Source: Blepharisma stoltei ATCC 30299
Taxonomy: Eukaryota > Protista > Ciliophora
Reading direction: 5' to 3'
NCBI GenBank assembly: GCA_965603825.1
Contig: CBFDEM010000002.1
Span: 434,001-498,000, forward strand
Length of the DNA: 64,000 nt
Positions 25,624 through 36,677 of this stretch are shown piece by piece; the stretch's first letter is position 1; every line of letters begins with the position of its first letter. Under the pieces are notes generated by a model. The model saw nothing but the letters and a program-made list of their open reading frames with translations. It was not told where the DNA came from and ran no database searches. A program made the translations under genes and the position numbers.

Positions 25624-27237
25624 TTAGCTTATATCTTCAGATAAAGTTTTTTCTATAACTTCTCTTTTTTCTTGGGCCAGCTCCATAATTTCTCTAATTC
25701 TTGTTCTGTTTCTTTCATGTTTCTCGTACTTGAACTCTTCAATGAACTTCTCCATTTCACCGTCATAAGCTTTAGTGATCTCATCCTCTACAGTTCCAAT
25801 CTGTTCCTTATAATCATCCTGCAAATTAGTTAGAGCACTCAACAGCCCTTCTCTATCTTGGTAAACTTCTTTTTGTTCTGGCGTGAAGTTGTCCATATTC
25901 ACATTTTCTGCATAAAACAGCTTGATCTGCTCGTCTTTGATTTTCTGGAGTTCTCCGAAATATAAATCCATTAATCCAATAATTGCCTCAGAGAAATTTT
26001 TGGTATCTTCTTTGATTTCAGAGACTATATCTTTCATTTTCTTATCAAACCTCTCTATTGCTTCATTCAGCCTCTCTACGAGACTCAATTCTTTTTCTAT
26101 CAGTACGTCTTCTAAGTCATCAATTTTCGGTATTAAATCTCTCAGCAAGTCTTCATCAGTCTCCACATCTTGTTCAAAAATTCTCATAGATTGCTTTTCT
26201 TCTTTTTCATAGTTCCCGATCAGTTTGATTGCTTCATTTTCTACTTCATCTTCTGCCTTCTGTACTGACCTCTTGAATTTATCAATAATTTGCAGCCTGG
26301 TCTCATTTTTTTCAATAATTGTTTTTTGGAAATCCTGAATTCTTGCATTGACTTTTTCAGCAAACTCTGCATATTGGTTGTCTTGCTCAGGCAGCACGCA
26401 GATTTTTTTCTCTTCGTCTTCGAATTCTTCTTTTAAGTGCTCCAAAAACTTGTGAGTCCCACCAATAAATGCGTCATCAAGCTCCTTTTTGGCTTTTTCA
26501 ATTAGCTCGCGCTCCAACTCTTCTTGTTGAGCTTGTGCATCTTTTACTCCTAAGTCCTCACCTCTGTGATCTTCTTTGGCTCTCTGTATTTCTTGGGGTT
26601 CCAATAAGACATAATCTAAATATTTTAGCTGAGAGATAAATGCAATTACGTAGCTTTTGTAGCCAGAATCCTCGCAGATTTTATTTCCTTCTAGCTTTAG
26701 CACTTGCAAATTAGGAAAAGTGCGCAGGTAAGGGATCACTGCTTCATAGCTGGTGATCATATTATCTCCTAAAGAAATTACATTCAGTTTTTTGCATGAA
26801 TCAAGCGAAGGCGCTCTGACTTCTGAAATTTGGTTGTGAAAGAGGCTTAAATCTGTCAGATTCACGAGCTCCTCTAAGCCTTCTACTACCTTTATGTTGT
26901 TAAATGAGAGATCGAGCCATTCAAGATTGACTAAGTCTTCAGTTAGTCCTTCAATTTTGGTGATTATGTTATTGTCAAGGCACAGCTTTTTAAGACTGGC
27001 AAGTCCGCGAAGGTTTTGGATCTTTAAAATGTTTTGGAAGCTTAAGCGTAGCTCAAGGAGGTCAGAGAATGGCATATCATCCATCCCGTAAATTTTTCTC
27101 TCTGCATTCCATTCTTTGATATATTTTCTGATGAGATCATCATCTATTACATTGGGGTCAACAGTGTCTGCTTTCCGCTTAATTATGGACTGGAAAAATA
27201 TGACTTCTTCGCTGATCTCTTTGTCGTCGTTTTTCAT
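25624..27237 (-). CDS. DRC3: Dynein regulatory complex subunit 3 (LRRC48), 537 aa
   Basis: SDS22-type LRRs (LRLSFQNILKIQNL, LKKLCLDNNIITKIEGL, LEWLDLSFNNI), LRRcap YKSYVIAFISQLKYLDY, long acidic coiled coil ending HERNRTRIREI. Confidence 0.88.
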   Translation of the reverse strand: MKNDDKEISEEVIFFQSIIKRKADTVDPNVIDDDLIRKYIKEWNAERKIYGMDDMPFSDLLELRLSFQNILKIQNLRGLASLKKLCLDNNIITKIEGLTEDLVNLEWLDLSFNNIKVVEGLEELVNLTDLSLFHNQISEVRAPSLDSCKKLNVISLGDNMITSYEAVIPYLRTFPNLQVLKLEGNKICEDSGYKSYVIAFISQLKYLDYVLLEPQEIQRAKEDHRGEDLGVKDAQAQQEELERELIEKAKKELDDAFIGGTHKFLEHLKEEFEDEEKKICVLPEQDNQYAEFAEKVNARIQDFQKTIIEKNETRLQIIDKFKRSVQKAEDEVENEAIKLIGNYEKEEKQSMRIFEQDVETDEDLLRDLIPKIDDLEDVLIEKELSLVERLNEAIERFDKKMKDIVSEIKEDTKNFSEAIIGLMDLYFGELQKIKDEQIKLFYAENVNMDNFTPEQKEVYQDREGLLSALTNLQDDYKEQIGTVEDEITKAYDGEMEKFIEEFKYEKHERNRTRIREIMELAQEKREVIEKTLSEDIS

Positions 27238-27385
27238 AATTATAAGTAACTCCCAAAATTAGAATCAAAAGCTGAAGCAGAATTGTCTTAGTGAGAATAC
27301 TAGTTAAATTCATTTAAATTTCTTCAATATTGCTAATAGAAATTAAGTAATACCGCTTGAATTAAAGCTAAAAAATCAAAATGAA

Positions 27386-27952
27386 TTAAATTATTTCATG
27401 CCGGTCATCCAGAGAATCAAGATGCTCTTCTATAACAGCAGTAAGGTGCTGCCTCTGGCCTCCAACCTCCGCTCCAAAAATCATATCCAGCTCTCTGAGA
27501 GTTTCAGTGATGTCTTGCTCTACCGTCTTCTCGAACAAATTGACAGTTGTGTCTGAGCTCAAAAGATCCATGACACTTTGGTGCTTTTCCTTTCTCTCCT
27601 TTATATTTTCAGATATGAGTCTTATTTGTTCAATTTCATATGTAAAAGCTGAGTCACCCTATTTTAACCTTACATTGAGTGTTCATTGGCCTTCTTGATT
27701 TTTTGAAAATGCTTTCTTTTTGGACAGAGCAGTCTGCATCAGCGTTGCTACGTCTTTTTTATATTTCCCGCCTTTTGGGTTTCGGAGAGAATCTAGTTTT
27801 TCTGTTGTATATCGGGTTAGCTCATCAAGCGTCTTTGGGCCTTCTTCTTTGATGTAGTTGATAAGAAATCCTTCTATCGAGCTGCGGAATTTTTCTTCTG
27901 CTGTTCGATGCACATCATCGCTGCAATCTTTGCTTTCTATAACTGAGCTCAT
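27386..27952 (-). CDS. Small protein with winged-helix-like N-terminus, 183 aa, one intron
   Basis: Two ORFs joined via TGA (27683-27685) and a 15-nt intron. The pattern GPKTLDEL...TALSKKKAFSKNQEGQWTLN resembles a winged helix (inference). Confidence 0.7.
27659..27673 (-). other. 15-nt intron
   Basis: GTAAGGTTAAAATAG; in-frame terminal TAG; A at -6. Confidence 0.88.
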
Positions 27953-28761
27953 TCCAATTTAACACAAATTTATTTATCACAAGGTTTTCATTTATAAAAG
28001 AAGGAACTGATTTAAGTGAATTAAAAGAAAACTGGATGAATTTTTAGTAATTTTCCAACTAATGTAGCCTCATTATAAAACTCCTGTTCAAAAGTTAATA
28101 ATTTTTTACAAAATATTCCACTCCAAAAATTTTATTTTGTTTCTTTGATCATAAAAATTTTGGCTGATATGCAGAACTTAGTTTATATCTTTAAAATTAA
28201 AAGGCTTATTGGATAAATCTCCTATCAATTCTATGCACTTAGATAATCCTCCAATCATAATGAATTTATTCGCCATTGCGAAAATTAATTCCATTAATAG
28301 CAGGACTGCATTCAGTTCACTTCGGGTCGCATCATGGATACTAGTGAAATTTACTATAGCAATATCCGTTCCAAGTCTATTCAACAACTTGACAATTGAA
28401 ATATAAATATCAAGAACTTTTATCAGTGCATATGTTGGCTTTGGCAACTTTAGCGCCCAAGTCATTTTCACTAGTTGGAAGGTCATGCTATAAACTGAGA
28501 TGAACTAATTCGGTACTTGGTTATAATGAGGTGACAAAACTTTAGATATTTATCATATGAAATTTATTTTACTTTTAATTTTTAGCACAAGAAATCTCGC
28601 TTTTCCACCTAATGATTATTATTATCTATAAAATGCCTAAAATAATAGAACAATACAAATGAGCCTGTTTATTCAAATTAACTGTTCCCCAAAAATAAAT
28701 TGTCCAGCCCGATCGATCTAAGCATAAAAATTAATTTTTTTACTGTGCTTAAAGTAATAAA

Positions 28762-29115
28762 TTATTTATCCTCCATTTTAAATTCAGTGTATAAATCTAA
28801 TATCTTTTCATTCAGCTCTTGGGACAAATCAGAATGTTCTGAAGATATTACGGAAAACGCTTGAGTAATATATGATGGATTCTGAGTCCCACTTTTCAAT
28901 TCATCGTTGATTTGACGTTTGACTTTGCTTATCACCACTTTTTTATGCCATCTCTTTAATGCTTTATTTTTGCTCCTCAACTCAGCTCTTAGTCTTTCGA
29001 CTGGATTAGTAGGCTGATTGCTCCTCATGTTTTGTTCACATTCCTAAGTTTATTGTACATTTACTTGGGCTCCTGCAAATGAGGATAGTGCATCTTGATT
29101 TGGAGTTCTTTCCAT
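28762..29115 (-). CDS. Hypothetical protein, 112 aa, one intron
   Basis: ATG at 29115 (MERTPNQDALSSFAGAQVN) spliced in frame to the track ORF 28762..29028. Confidence 0.65.
29044..29058 (-). other. 15-nt intron
   Basis: GTACAATAAACTTAG; contains in-frame TAA and TAG; A at -6. Confidence 0.75.
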
Positions 29116-30647
29116 TTATATTTATAACAGGGATTATATAATTAAAAGAAAAAGGTTTTAATTTATAAAGCTAATATCATTTAAAATTTATTAATTTTTA
29201 TAAGTATACAAGTTAGTCTTTGATCCAATATTTGCCGTTAAATTTAATTAGCTCTTAAACCATTTTAATTCAGCATTAGAGAAGCTAGATAGTTAGATTA
29301 TTATTGCATACATAATTAAAACGGAAGCTCTTGACTAAGAATAGTTTTGTATAGCTAAGTTGTTTCAGAATCAACCACAAATGCATAAGCATCTTTCAAA
29401 TGTCTTAGAATAAAGTTTTTATATGAAGAAAGCCAACTAGAAAGCTCTACTAGCTTTAGATATTTACTATCCAATACAATTATAATATGATGCTAAAAAG
29501 TCTCCAATTTTTACTTGCAATTTACAATAAGGAAGGAAAACACGTATGGAAGTTTTTCAATCAATTTCTCTACATTTAGAATATGCAATATATTCATCAT
29601 TAAGTCACTATAAAATATTGCTAAGTTTATATAAATGCAATAGCGTAATTAACTCAAAAATGCAACAGAGGCAAATATTATAAAACTAAAACCAGATGAT
29701 TTATCTAAAATTTCAAAACTATGGGTGTTGATTAAATCAAAATTTTCGATCTCTACGACATTTATCCTATTTCAATTGCTGAGAAATTGATTGAATAAAT
29801 GGAGTGAGCCGTAGAATTGTTTTATTTTAAATACAGTAAAAAGAATTATATAAAATTAAAAAATAGTTATGATTTAAGTTGAGATTTTTGAGCCATGAAA
29901 AACTCTAAACAATTTTATTGAGATCTCAGAATAAAGAATTCATAGTAAAATTTTAATTTCTCCTCAAGAAAAATCAAAACCTGAACGAATCTGTAAATAA
30001 GCAAATAAATACATAAATATTTGAATTGTAGAAAGCTAGTAACTACTATTTATATATATATAATATACTTGTAATCTCCTCGATAAATAAGAAGATCACA
30101 CACAGCGTGTAAAATATTAAATATCAAAATTATCTTTGAACAAAATAACATTGAATTTTTATTATTAATCTTATGCTAATATTTAATCTAAGTTATCTTA
30201 ATATAGATATCTGTGAATAGCGATTGACTCACATAGAAACCATTTTGACGTTAGACATAAGATAGCATGCAAAAAGTACACCAATAGGTGATGATTTAAA
30301 CCAACTCATTTTTGGCAAGTTTGCCAATCCCCAGTTGCCTCTTGCAATTTTGATGAAAATTCAAATACTCCAAAATAACTATAAGGCTGATCTACTGAGT
30401 GCTCTAGATATTTAATCATACAATAATTCTTCTGCAAGGATCAATTTACAGTAAAATTTATAAAAAAAAAACTCTTCTTACTTACCATGATTTTAATCTT
30501 TTTAATCTTCATTAGCAACTAAAATCTAAATTCCAATTTATCTTAGCTATGATCAAAGATAGGGTTTAATCTAATTTGAAGAATTGAATACGATTTATGG
30601 CCTATTTTGAAGCTGTATTATTTTCTCATTTTTAGGAATCTACAAAA

Positions 30648-31169
30648 ATGGAAATCTTAGTCGCTTTGGAGAGACTTTTATCTGAATTTTTGTCTCTAAA
30701 GAACTCAGATGCTGATAATCATGTCATTGTGCATATGCTTAACAATGATGTTTTCCACTGATATGGCGCTATATTAGGTCCAGAATCTACCCCATATGAA
30801 GGTGGATATTTCTTGTATCACATTGAGTTTCCCCAAGATTATCCTTCATCTCCTCCTGACTTTTACTTTATTACCCCAATGTTCCATCCAAACATAAGAA
30901 GTGACGGACGAGTATGTTGCGAAGTCTTTACAACCGAGCGCTGGCAATCAACTATTTCTGTCAGGGCAATTTTTTCTTATATTATAGGTCTATTAAATGA
31001 GCCAAGACCTCAAGCAGGATATATCGGAGAAGCTACAGAACTTTGTGAAACGAATAAAGCTGCATATAATCAAAAGGTGAGAGAATATACTGATAATTAT
31101 GGAAATTTGAAATGGATTAAGAGCTTAAATAGCGAAGATAAAGAGATTGCTGATACTATTGAAACTTAA
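30648..31169 (+). CDS. Ubiquitin-conjugating enzyme E2, 173 aa
   Basis: DVFHW(TGA 30759-30761)YGAILGPESTPYEGG, FPQDYPSSPP, FHPNIRSDGRVC (catalytic Cys), W.STIS. Confidence 0.93.
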
Positions 31170-31412
31170 ATTAAGTTCTTCGTGTTATTTTAGTTCATAA
31201 AATATATAGAGTAAGCAAAGATTATATGTTAAAATTATCTATTAATCTATAATCATGAAAATATGTTTCCATCAAATCTTCCTAATCCCGATTTTCCAAT
31301 GCTTTTGTTTGGGGAGGGAAGTAGAATAATTACCTAAACCCTAAGCATCATAAATATAAATACGTGGCTCTTGTCAAAAATAAGAAAAATTTCCATTTTC
31401 CGCATTACCTGC

Positions 31413-31468
31413 TATAGCGCTTTCCCGAGGATGGCGCCATTCCGCGCCATCCTCGGGAAAGCGCTATA
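31413..31468. repeat. Perfect inverted repeat, 25-bp arms and 6-nt spacer, TATA at both ends
   Basis: TATAGCGCTTTCCCGAGGATGGCGC-cattcc-GCGCCATCCTCGGGAAAGCGCTATA; 33 of 56 bases are G/C in AT-rich intergenic DNA. Confidence 0.97.
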
Positions 31469-31684
31469 TGAATACTTTAATATCTTTTCACTTAATTGAT
31501 CATTGACTGCATATATCTTATAAGCCAATACGGATGAGATTTAACATTTAATGTTCTTATAACAACGAATATATTAAACACAACAATTAAATTTTCATTG
31601 TAAAATTAATATATTAAATTAATAATATTAATAGCTCGATTTTGTTTGTTTTTTCTTATTTTCTAATAACTCTAAAATCCATAA

Positions 31685-32335
31685 ATGCCATCTTCAATTC
31701 TTTATGTATTTATATCCAGCCTTGCTAGCTCATCTCCTATCTTAGAAATCAATCCGCTGCTTCGTAATTTTCAGCCAATAATACAGCCTATCCTAAAGCA
31801 ACTGAATCCAAATTCTTCAATCTCTTATCTCTATGAAGATTCTTACATTTTTCACTTCCATAACGATGCAAATTATACATTTCTCTGCATTACTGATTCC
31901 TTATTCTCAAAAGGGGCAGCACTCGGATTTCTATATGATTTGGAAGAGAGGTTTTTTAAGTGAATAAATGACAAAGAGTTTGAATCAAGAAAGAGCCATT
32001 TTGAAGAAATAATCAGAGCTCAGATGGAATATTTTAGCATCACCCCAGATAAAATAAGTGTTCTGAAAGATAAAATTGAGAAAGCTAAAGAAATTATGTC
32101 TGATAATATTGAGAAGGTGATTGAAAAAGGAGAAAAAATAGAAATTCTTGTTAAAAAGACTGAAAACATTTGCACTGATGCAGTCAGTTTGAGCAATAAA
32201 ACTATAAAAATGAGAAGAGCTCTCTATTGGCAAAATTTCAAAATTATTATACAAATCATCATTTGTGTTATCCTATTCATGGGATTTCCTGTTTTATTGG
32301 CCTCAAGAGGACTATCTTTTTCGATTTTTAATTAA
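31685..32335 (+). CDS. VAMP7: Longin R-SNARE, VAMP7-like, 216 aa
   Basis: Longin domain (SYLYEDSYIFH, FLCITD, ALGFLYDLEERF), TGA=Trp at 31961, R-SNARE coil (IMSDNIEKVIEKGEKIEILVKKTE), WQNFK and a C-terminal TM. Confidence 0.85.
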
Positions 32336-32456
32336 TTACTAAGATGGAATAAAGAAGCAGATTGTTGCTAATCAAAACAGTTTATTTTAATTCATGAGAG
32401 TTAGAAATAATATTTAGCCTATATCTTCTTATATGCTAAACTATAATTAAATAAAG

Positions 32457-33380
32457 ATGTTGGGAATGCTTATAGAAAAAAGTGGACAAGAACTTAACGG
32501 GATATCAGCAATTTTTCCATTCATGATTCTTGGAAGAGTTTTATTATGTGTAAATCAAGTTTCGGCAAGCAGTAGAATGATGACAGAAAATCTTTGTATT
32601 TTCTATTCATTTATATTTTACTTCGAATGTGCTAATATTATTTGAATATATCATCTCTTTTTAGAGAATAAGTCAAAGTGATTTTTGTCTTTTGTATGCA
32701 TACCAATTTTTTGTGAACTCCAAATTTATTTATTCATATTTCTTTCTCAAAAAGATCAGATCAGCCCAGTCACATTTATTTCTATTATAGCATTATCATG
32801 GATTTCCTATTGAATCGTGGCATTATTTATGTTTGTTACTTCAAAACTCGTTGACGATAAAAGTATTCAATTTTTGACTTACTTAGTATTGATAATTATC
32901 CAATCTCTTTATAATAATTACACAGCCTGATATTTTGAATGATTCATTATGCGTTGTGTGTTTTGGATATATGAAGCAATATGTCTATCAAGCTTTATTT
33001 ATTTTTCAAGCTACTTAATAATAAAATATTTATCAAAATTCACTACTTCCAACAAAAATTTGAAATACTTTGATTCTCTAATTTCAAAATTTTTAGAAGA
33101 AGAAGAAATGGGATATATTAAATTGGCCTGCTGATCATTGTTTTTTTGTGTAGAGTATAATGTTATTTATCGGATTATAGCTAATTGGCCATCATGAATG
33201 ACAACTGAACTTATACTTTTTTCAACTTCAGTTAGCTTTGGATGGCTTTTATTCCTTAGAGAAACATTTGACTTAAAAAACTATGAAACTCATTATGTTT
33301 TAAATATTTTTGCTTGCTACACTCAAATTCAAATGATTTATAATTTTTTTTGAATTTTTAGGATGTTTTTAAACGAATAA
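32457..33380 (+). CDS. Multipass membrane protein of unknown function, 307 aa
   Basis: Continuous 308-codon frame ATG to TAA when eight TGA are read as Trp; several hydrophobic segments. Confidence 0.7.
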
Positions 33381-33602
33381 AGCATCTTAAAATGCTTTTT
33401 AATTATAATAAATTTTAATATTGCTAAACGGCATCAGAGCATGAAGCCCTTTTTACAAAATTTTACTTAATTCGTTATTATGAAGGGCCAACTTGGTGCT
33501 TAGAAAAATAGTTACTGAACTTTATTTAATGGGTAAAAAATATAGAAGGAGCTGAAGAAAAATTATAAGCAAAAAAACATAGCTAATTAAAATCCAGCTT
33601 AA

Positions 33603-35696
33603 CTAGCCGGCAGAAATGAGGTCTTTCTGCTCAACAAGGCATAAAAATAACGGATCACTGAATCCCTTATTAGCATTGGGATTTGTTAATCCAAAAATAA
33701 AGTTGCTTGTCATAATTTTCCCCCTTTGCTTAGCTGCTTGCAAGCTATTTGCTGGAGGATTATTGGCATTAAACTCAAGATCAACAGTTTCCTTGCATTT
33801 CTTAATAAATTGGCTATTAGTTCCATTTCCTTGAGGAGGAATTTCATATCCTTCAATTCATGGAATATTATAATTTATTTGCTTTCGAAACACAGGAATC
33901 CATAACTCAGTGGGAGCTTCTACTTTTTCACCAAAGTTGGCAAAAATATCTTCGAAAAAGCTGTAAATATCCGTTCTGTTTCTTTTAGTCCATACTTTCA
34001 GCTCACCCTTTAAATCCTCTGATTGGATAAAAACTGCTGCCAAAGAGGGTTGGCTTGTAGGAATTTTATAAATTTCCAGATTAAACAATTTGAAAGCTTC
34101 AATCTCATTTGAATTAAAGCACAGAAACCTATATGGCCTGCCTGAAATTGATTGAATTGAATCACTGCATGACTTCCATTTGAACGATAAATCCAAAACC
34201 GAAATTGAGGATTTTCCAACTGGAGCTAAGTCCACTGAGAGCTTATTACTGTGAAGAAATTTTTCACATTCTTCATGCTTGGATAGCACCTTGCCCTTTA
34301 TACTTGTAAAATTATAAGAATCAGCGGAGTTTATAATTTCCAACATATTAGTTATATCCTCTTGCAAGCGAGCTCCGTCACTTTGGGGCACAGAAATTGA
34401 ATTTTTAGGAATGTTTCCAAATATATTTAATATTCCGTTCAATAAACACTGCCTATTCCCAATTTCTAGCATTTGCTCACAAACAATGTCTCGAAATTCG
34501 ACTCTTTCATTGCTTAGCTCGATGATGGTGCTTGCTCTTAAGTTAAACTGGTGAGGAACTTCTGTATTTTTTCCTTTTTCATATTTTGGTTTTGCAAGAT
34601 TGTTAATTTTTTCATTGAACATATTAGGGCCTTTTCCGTTAACCTTTGCTTCTTCTCAGCCATAATTTAATGAATATTCATTTGGGCTGTGCTCTCCAGG
34701 AGTAAACATTTCATTGATATAATCTTCAGCCATGTCGACGCTTTCGATCCTCACCAATGAAGATTTTGAAATTAAACTTGATTTTTTCTTCTCATATTGG
34801 CAAGCGCTTATTAGATTTTCTGCTACTTTATTGAGATTGCAACCATTAGTAAAATCTGTTAATAATTCTTCATAGATTAACTTTGAAAGTCTTTCTTCGT
34901 AGACTGATTTTCTTTGAGATTGAAGTTTTTTAGTCCTATCTAAACTTTTTGAAATTTGGAGTTTAGTTTCTATTTCTTCAATAAGTAAAGACTCCACCAT
35001 AAAATCGAGCTTACTTTCATTTATTATGTGCTCAACAATACCTCTTAAAATTGCTTCATACATGCTAGCTTCTAAGAGTTCAAATGATTTTAAGCTCAAG
35101 CATCTAAATGAGTCTCTGAACAACTTTTGCTCTCTCAATTCCATTTCTTTATTGATCCACTGAGTGAGCTCAGACTGCATGCCATTCAAAAAATGATTTA
35201 AAAGCTCTTCATATAATATTTGGCTTACTCCATTTTCAATGGTATGGAGTTTTCTTAAGGTATATTTATTTTCATAAGGATCTTTAAATTCTTTATTTAA
35301 CAATGAATTTGGCATAGCAATTGCTTTATTTTGAGGCGTTCTGCCCAGAGTATTTTCTGCAGCCGATTCAACATCTAAGTTTTTATCAAGAGATGTTGAA
35401 ACTTTTATTTTTTTCCTGTTTGGGCTAATTGCATTTATGGCTGATCTTGAACTTGAATTGACGCATCCTCCCCCTTTTATAGCTAAATTAAGTGAAACTG
35501 TTTTTCCATGGCTTAATTTATAGAAATGAAATGAGTGTTTATCTTCTAGGATCTTGGCTTGAGAAACCAAATAAAATTCTTTAATAGGAATATTGGTAAG
35601 TCTAGAAACCTTCGTTTTAAAGCTTAAAACAGTTTCTTGAGATGATATATCAATGGCCACATGCTTTCCGTTAATTTCTTTTAAGTATATTTGCAT
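33603..35696 (-). CDS. Ubiquitin-like domain fusion protein with degenerate serpin-like C-terminal domain, 697 aa
   Basis: Residues 1-76 align ungapped to ubiquitin and end in GG. The frame continues through TGA at 34656 and 33858 to TAG at 33603-33605. The C-terminus (LWIPVFRK...NFIFGLTN...PLFLCLV) resembles serpin terminal strands. Confidence 0.8.
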
Positions 35697-36677
35697 TTTA
35701 TTGAAAACTGATGAAAGCTCTTCCTTTTTTTATTTAAATGGAATTTCTTATGCTTAAGAATACCAAATGCAATTTTTTACAATTTATTAAACATCTTACT
35801 GGAAATAAGTAAACCATAATAATATGAGACCAGCGAATAAACTGATTAATAAAAATTATAGCAGATGAGCTAACTAATTATCTATAGACTGTTAATTAAT
35901 TTAAGCTTAATTGATAAAAATTGATGGCAAGGAGAATTAGGAAATAATTGAATTGAATTATATAAATAGTGTTACTCTTTTATTATCTAATTATGATTGC
36001 TATTGAGGGTTATGCAATGCGTTTAAATTAATAGGATTTGTTTTTGCTTAATATGACATATCAACACATAATTTTCAAGGAAGCCAAAGAAAACCTATAA
36101 GAGAGTAATAAATTTCTCGCTAGTAAAGAAATAGCCTATTTACCTACTTATTCTAGGCAATAAACATGAAACCAAAAATTAAATCATTTTTAATTAGTGC
36201 ATAATTTGCATCTTATTTTCCATATATTAAGTTGATAATAGTATTATCTTTGATCTTTTATAATCACGTGTGAATACTGCTAAACGCTGAAGGGTCTAGG
36301 TCATTTTCTAGAACCGAATTTTCTCTAGAATAAACCGTACTAATTGCCAATTTACCAAAAGATTCTGTACTTGTGCCAACTATTTTTTGATTTAGCACTA
36401 GTGCATAGATTTGGTCTTGGGTTTTTGAGTTATCCAAATTACCAGAGCAATGATCGGAGTAGCATAATTTTCATCAATTCCAATCTCAATTCTCCCTCGG
36501 TTCAGTTCAAGAATACAGATTTTCAACGCTTTCAAAGCCACTGCTTCGGCTTAGCATATACTCTAGAGGATAAATGATGTGTTACACTGAAGTGCCATTA
36601 TCAATAAAAAAGTGTGGTAAAATTTAAAGATATAAATTATGCAAAATTATAAAAAGGTCATACTAATAATTAACTAC

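Noticed and set aside
28178-28486. 102-aa minus-strand ORF
   Set aside because: No recognisable motif; may be a gene relic but cannot be supported.
30597-30647. Upstream ATG plus a 21-nt GT-AG segment that could extend the E2 N-terminus
   Set aside because: Length is outside the 15-16 nt class and the E2 is complete from 30648.
31333-31345. CCTAAACCCTAAG as an internal telomere seed
   Set aside because: Under two units and not a match to the CCCTAACA repeat I recall for heterotrichs.
36258-36600. Slightly GC-richer patch with ~80-100 codon frames on both strands
   Set aside because: No frame gives a recognisable product; cannot choose a strand.
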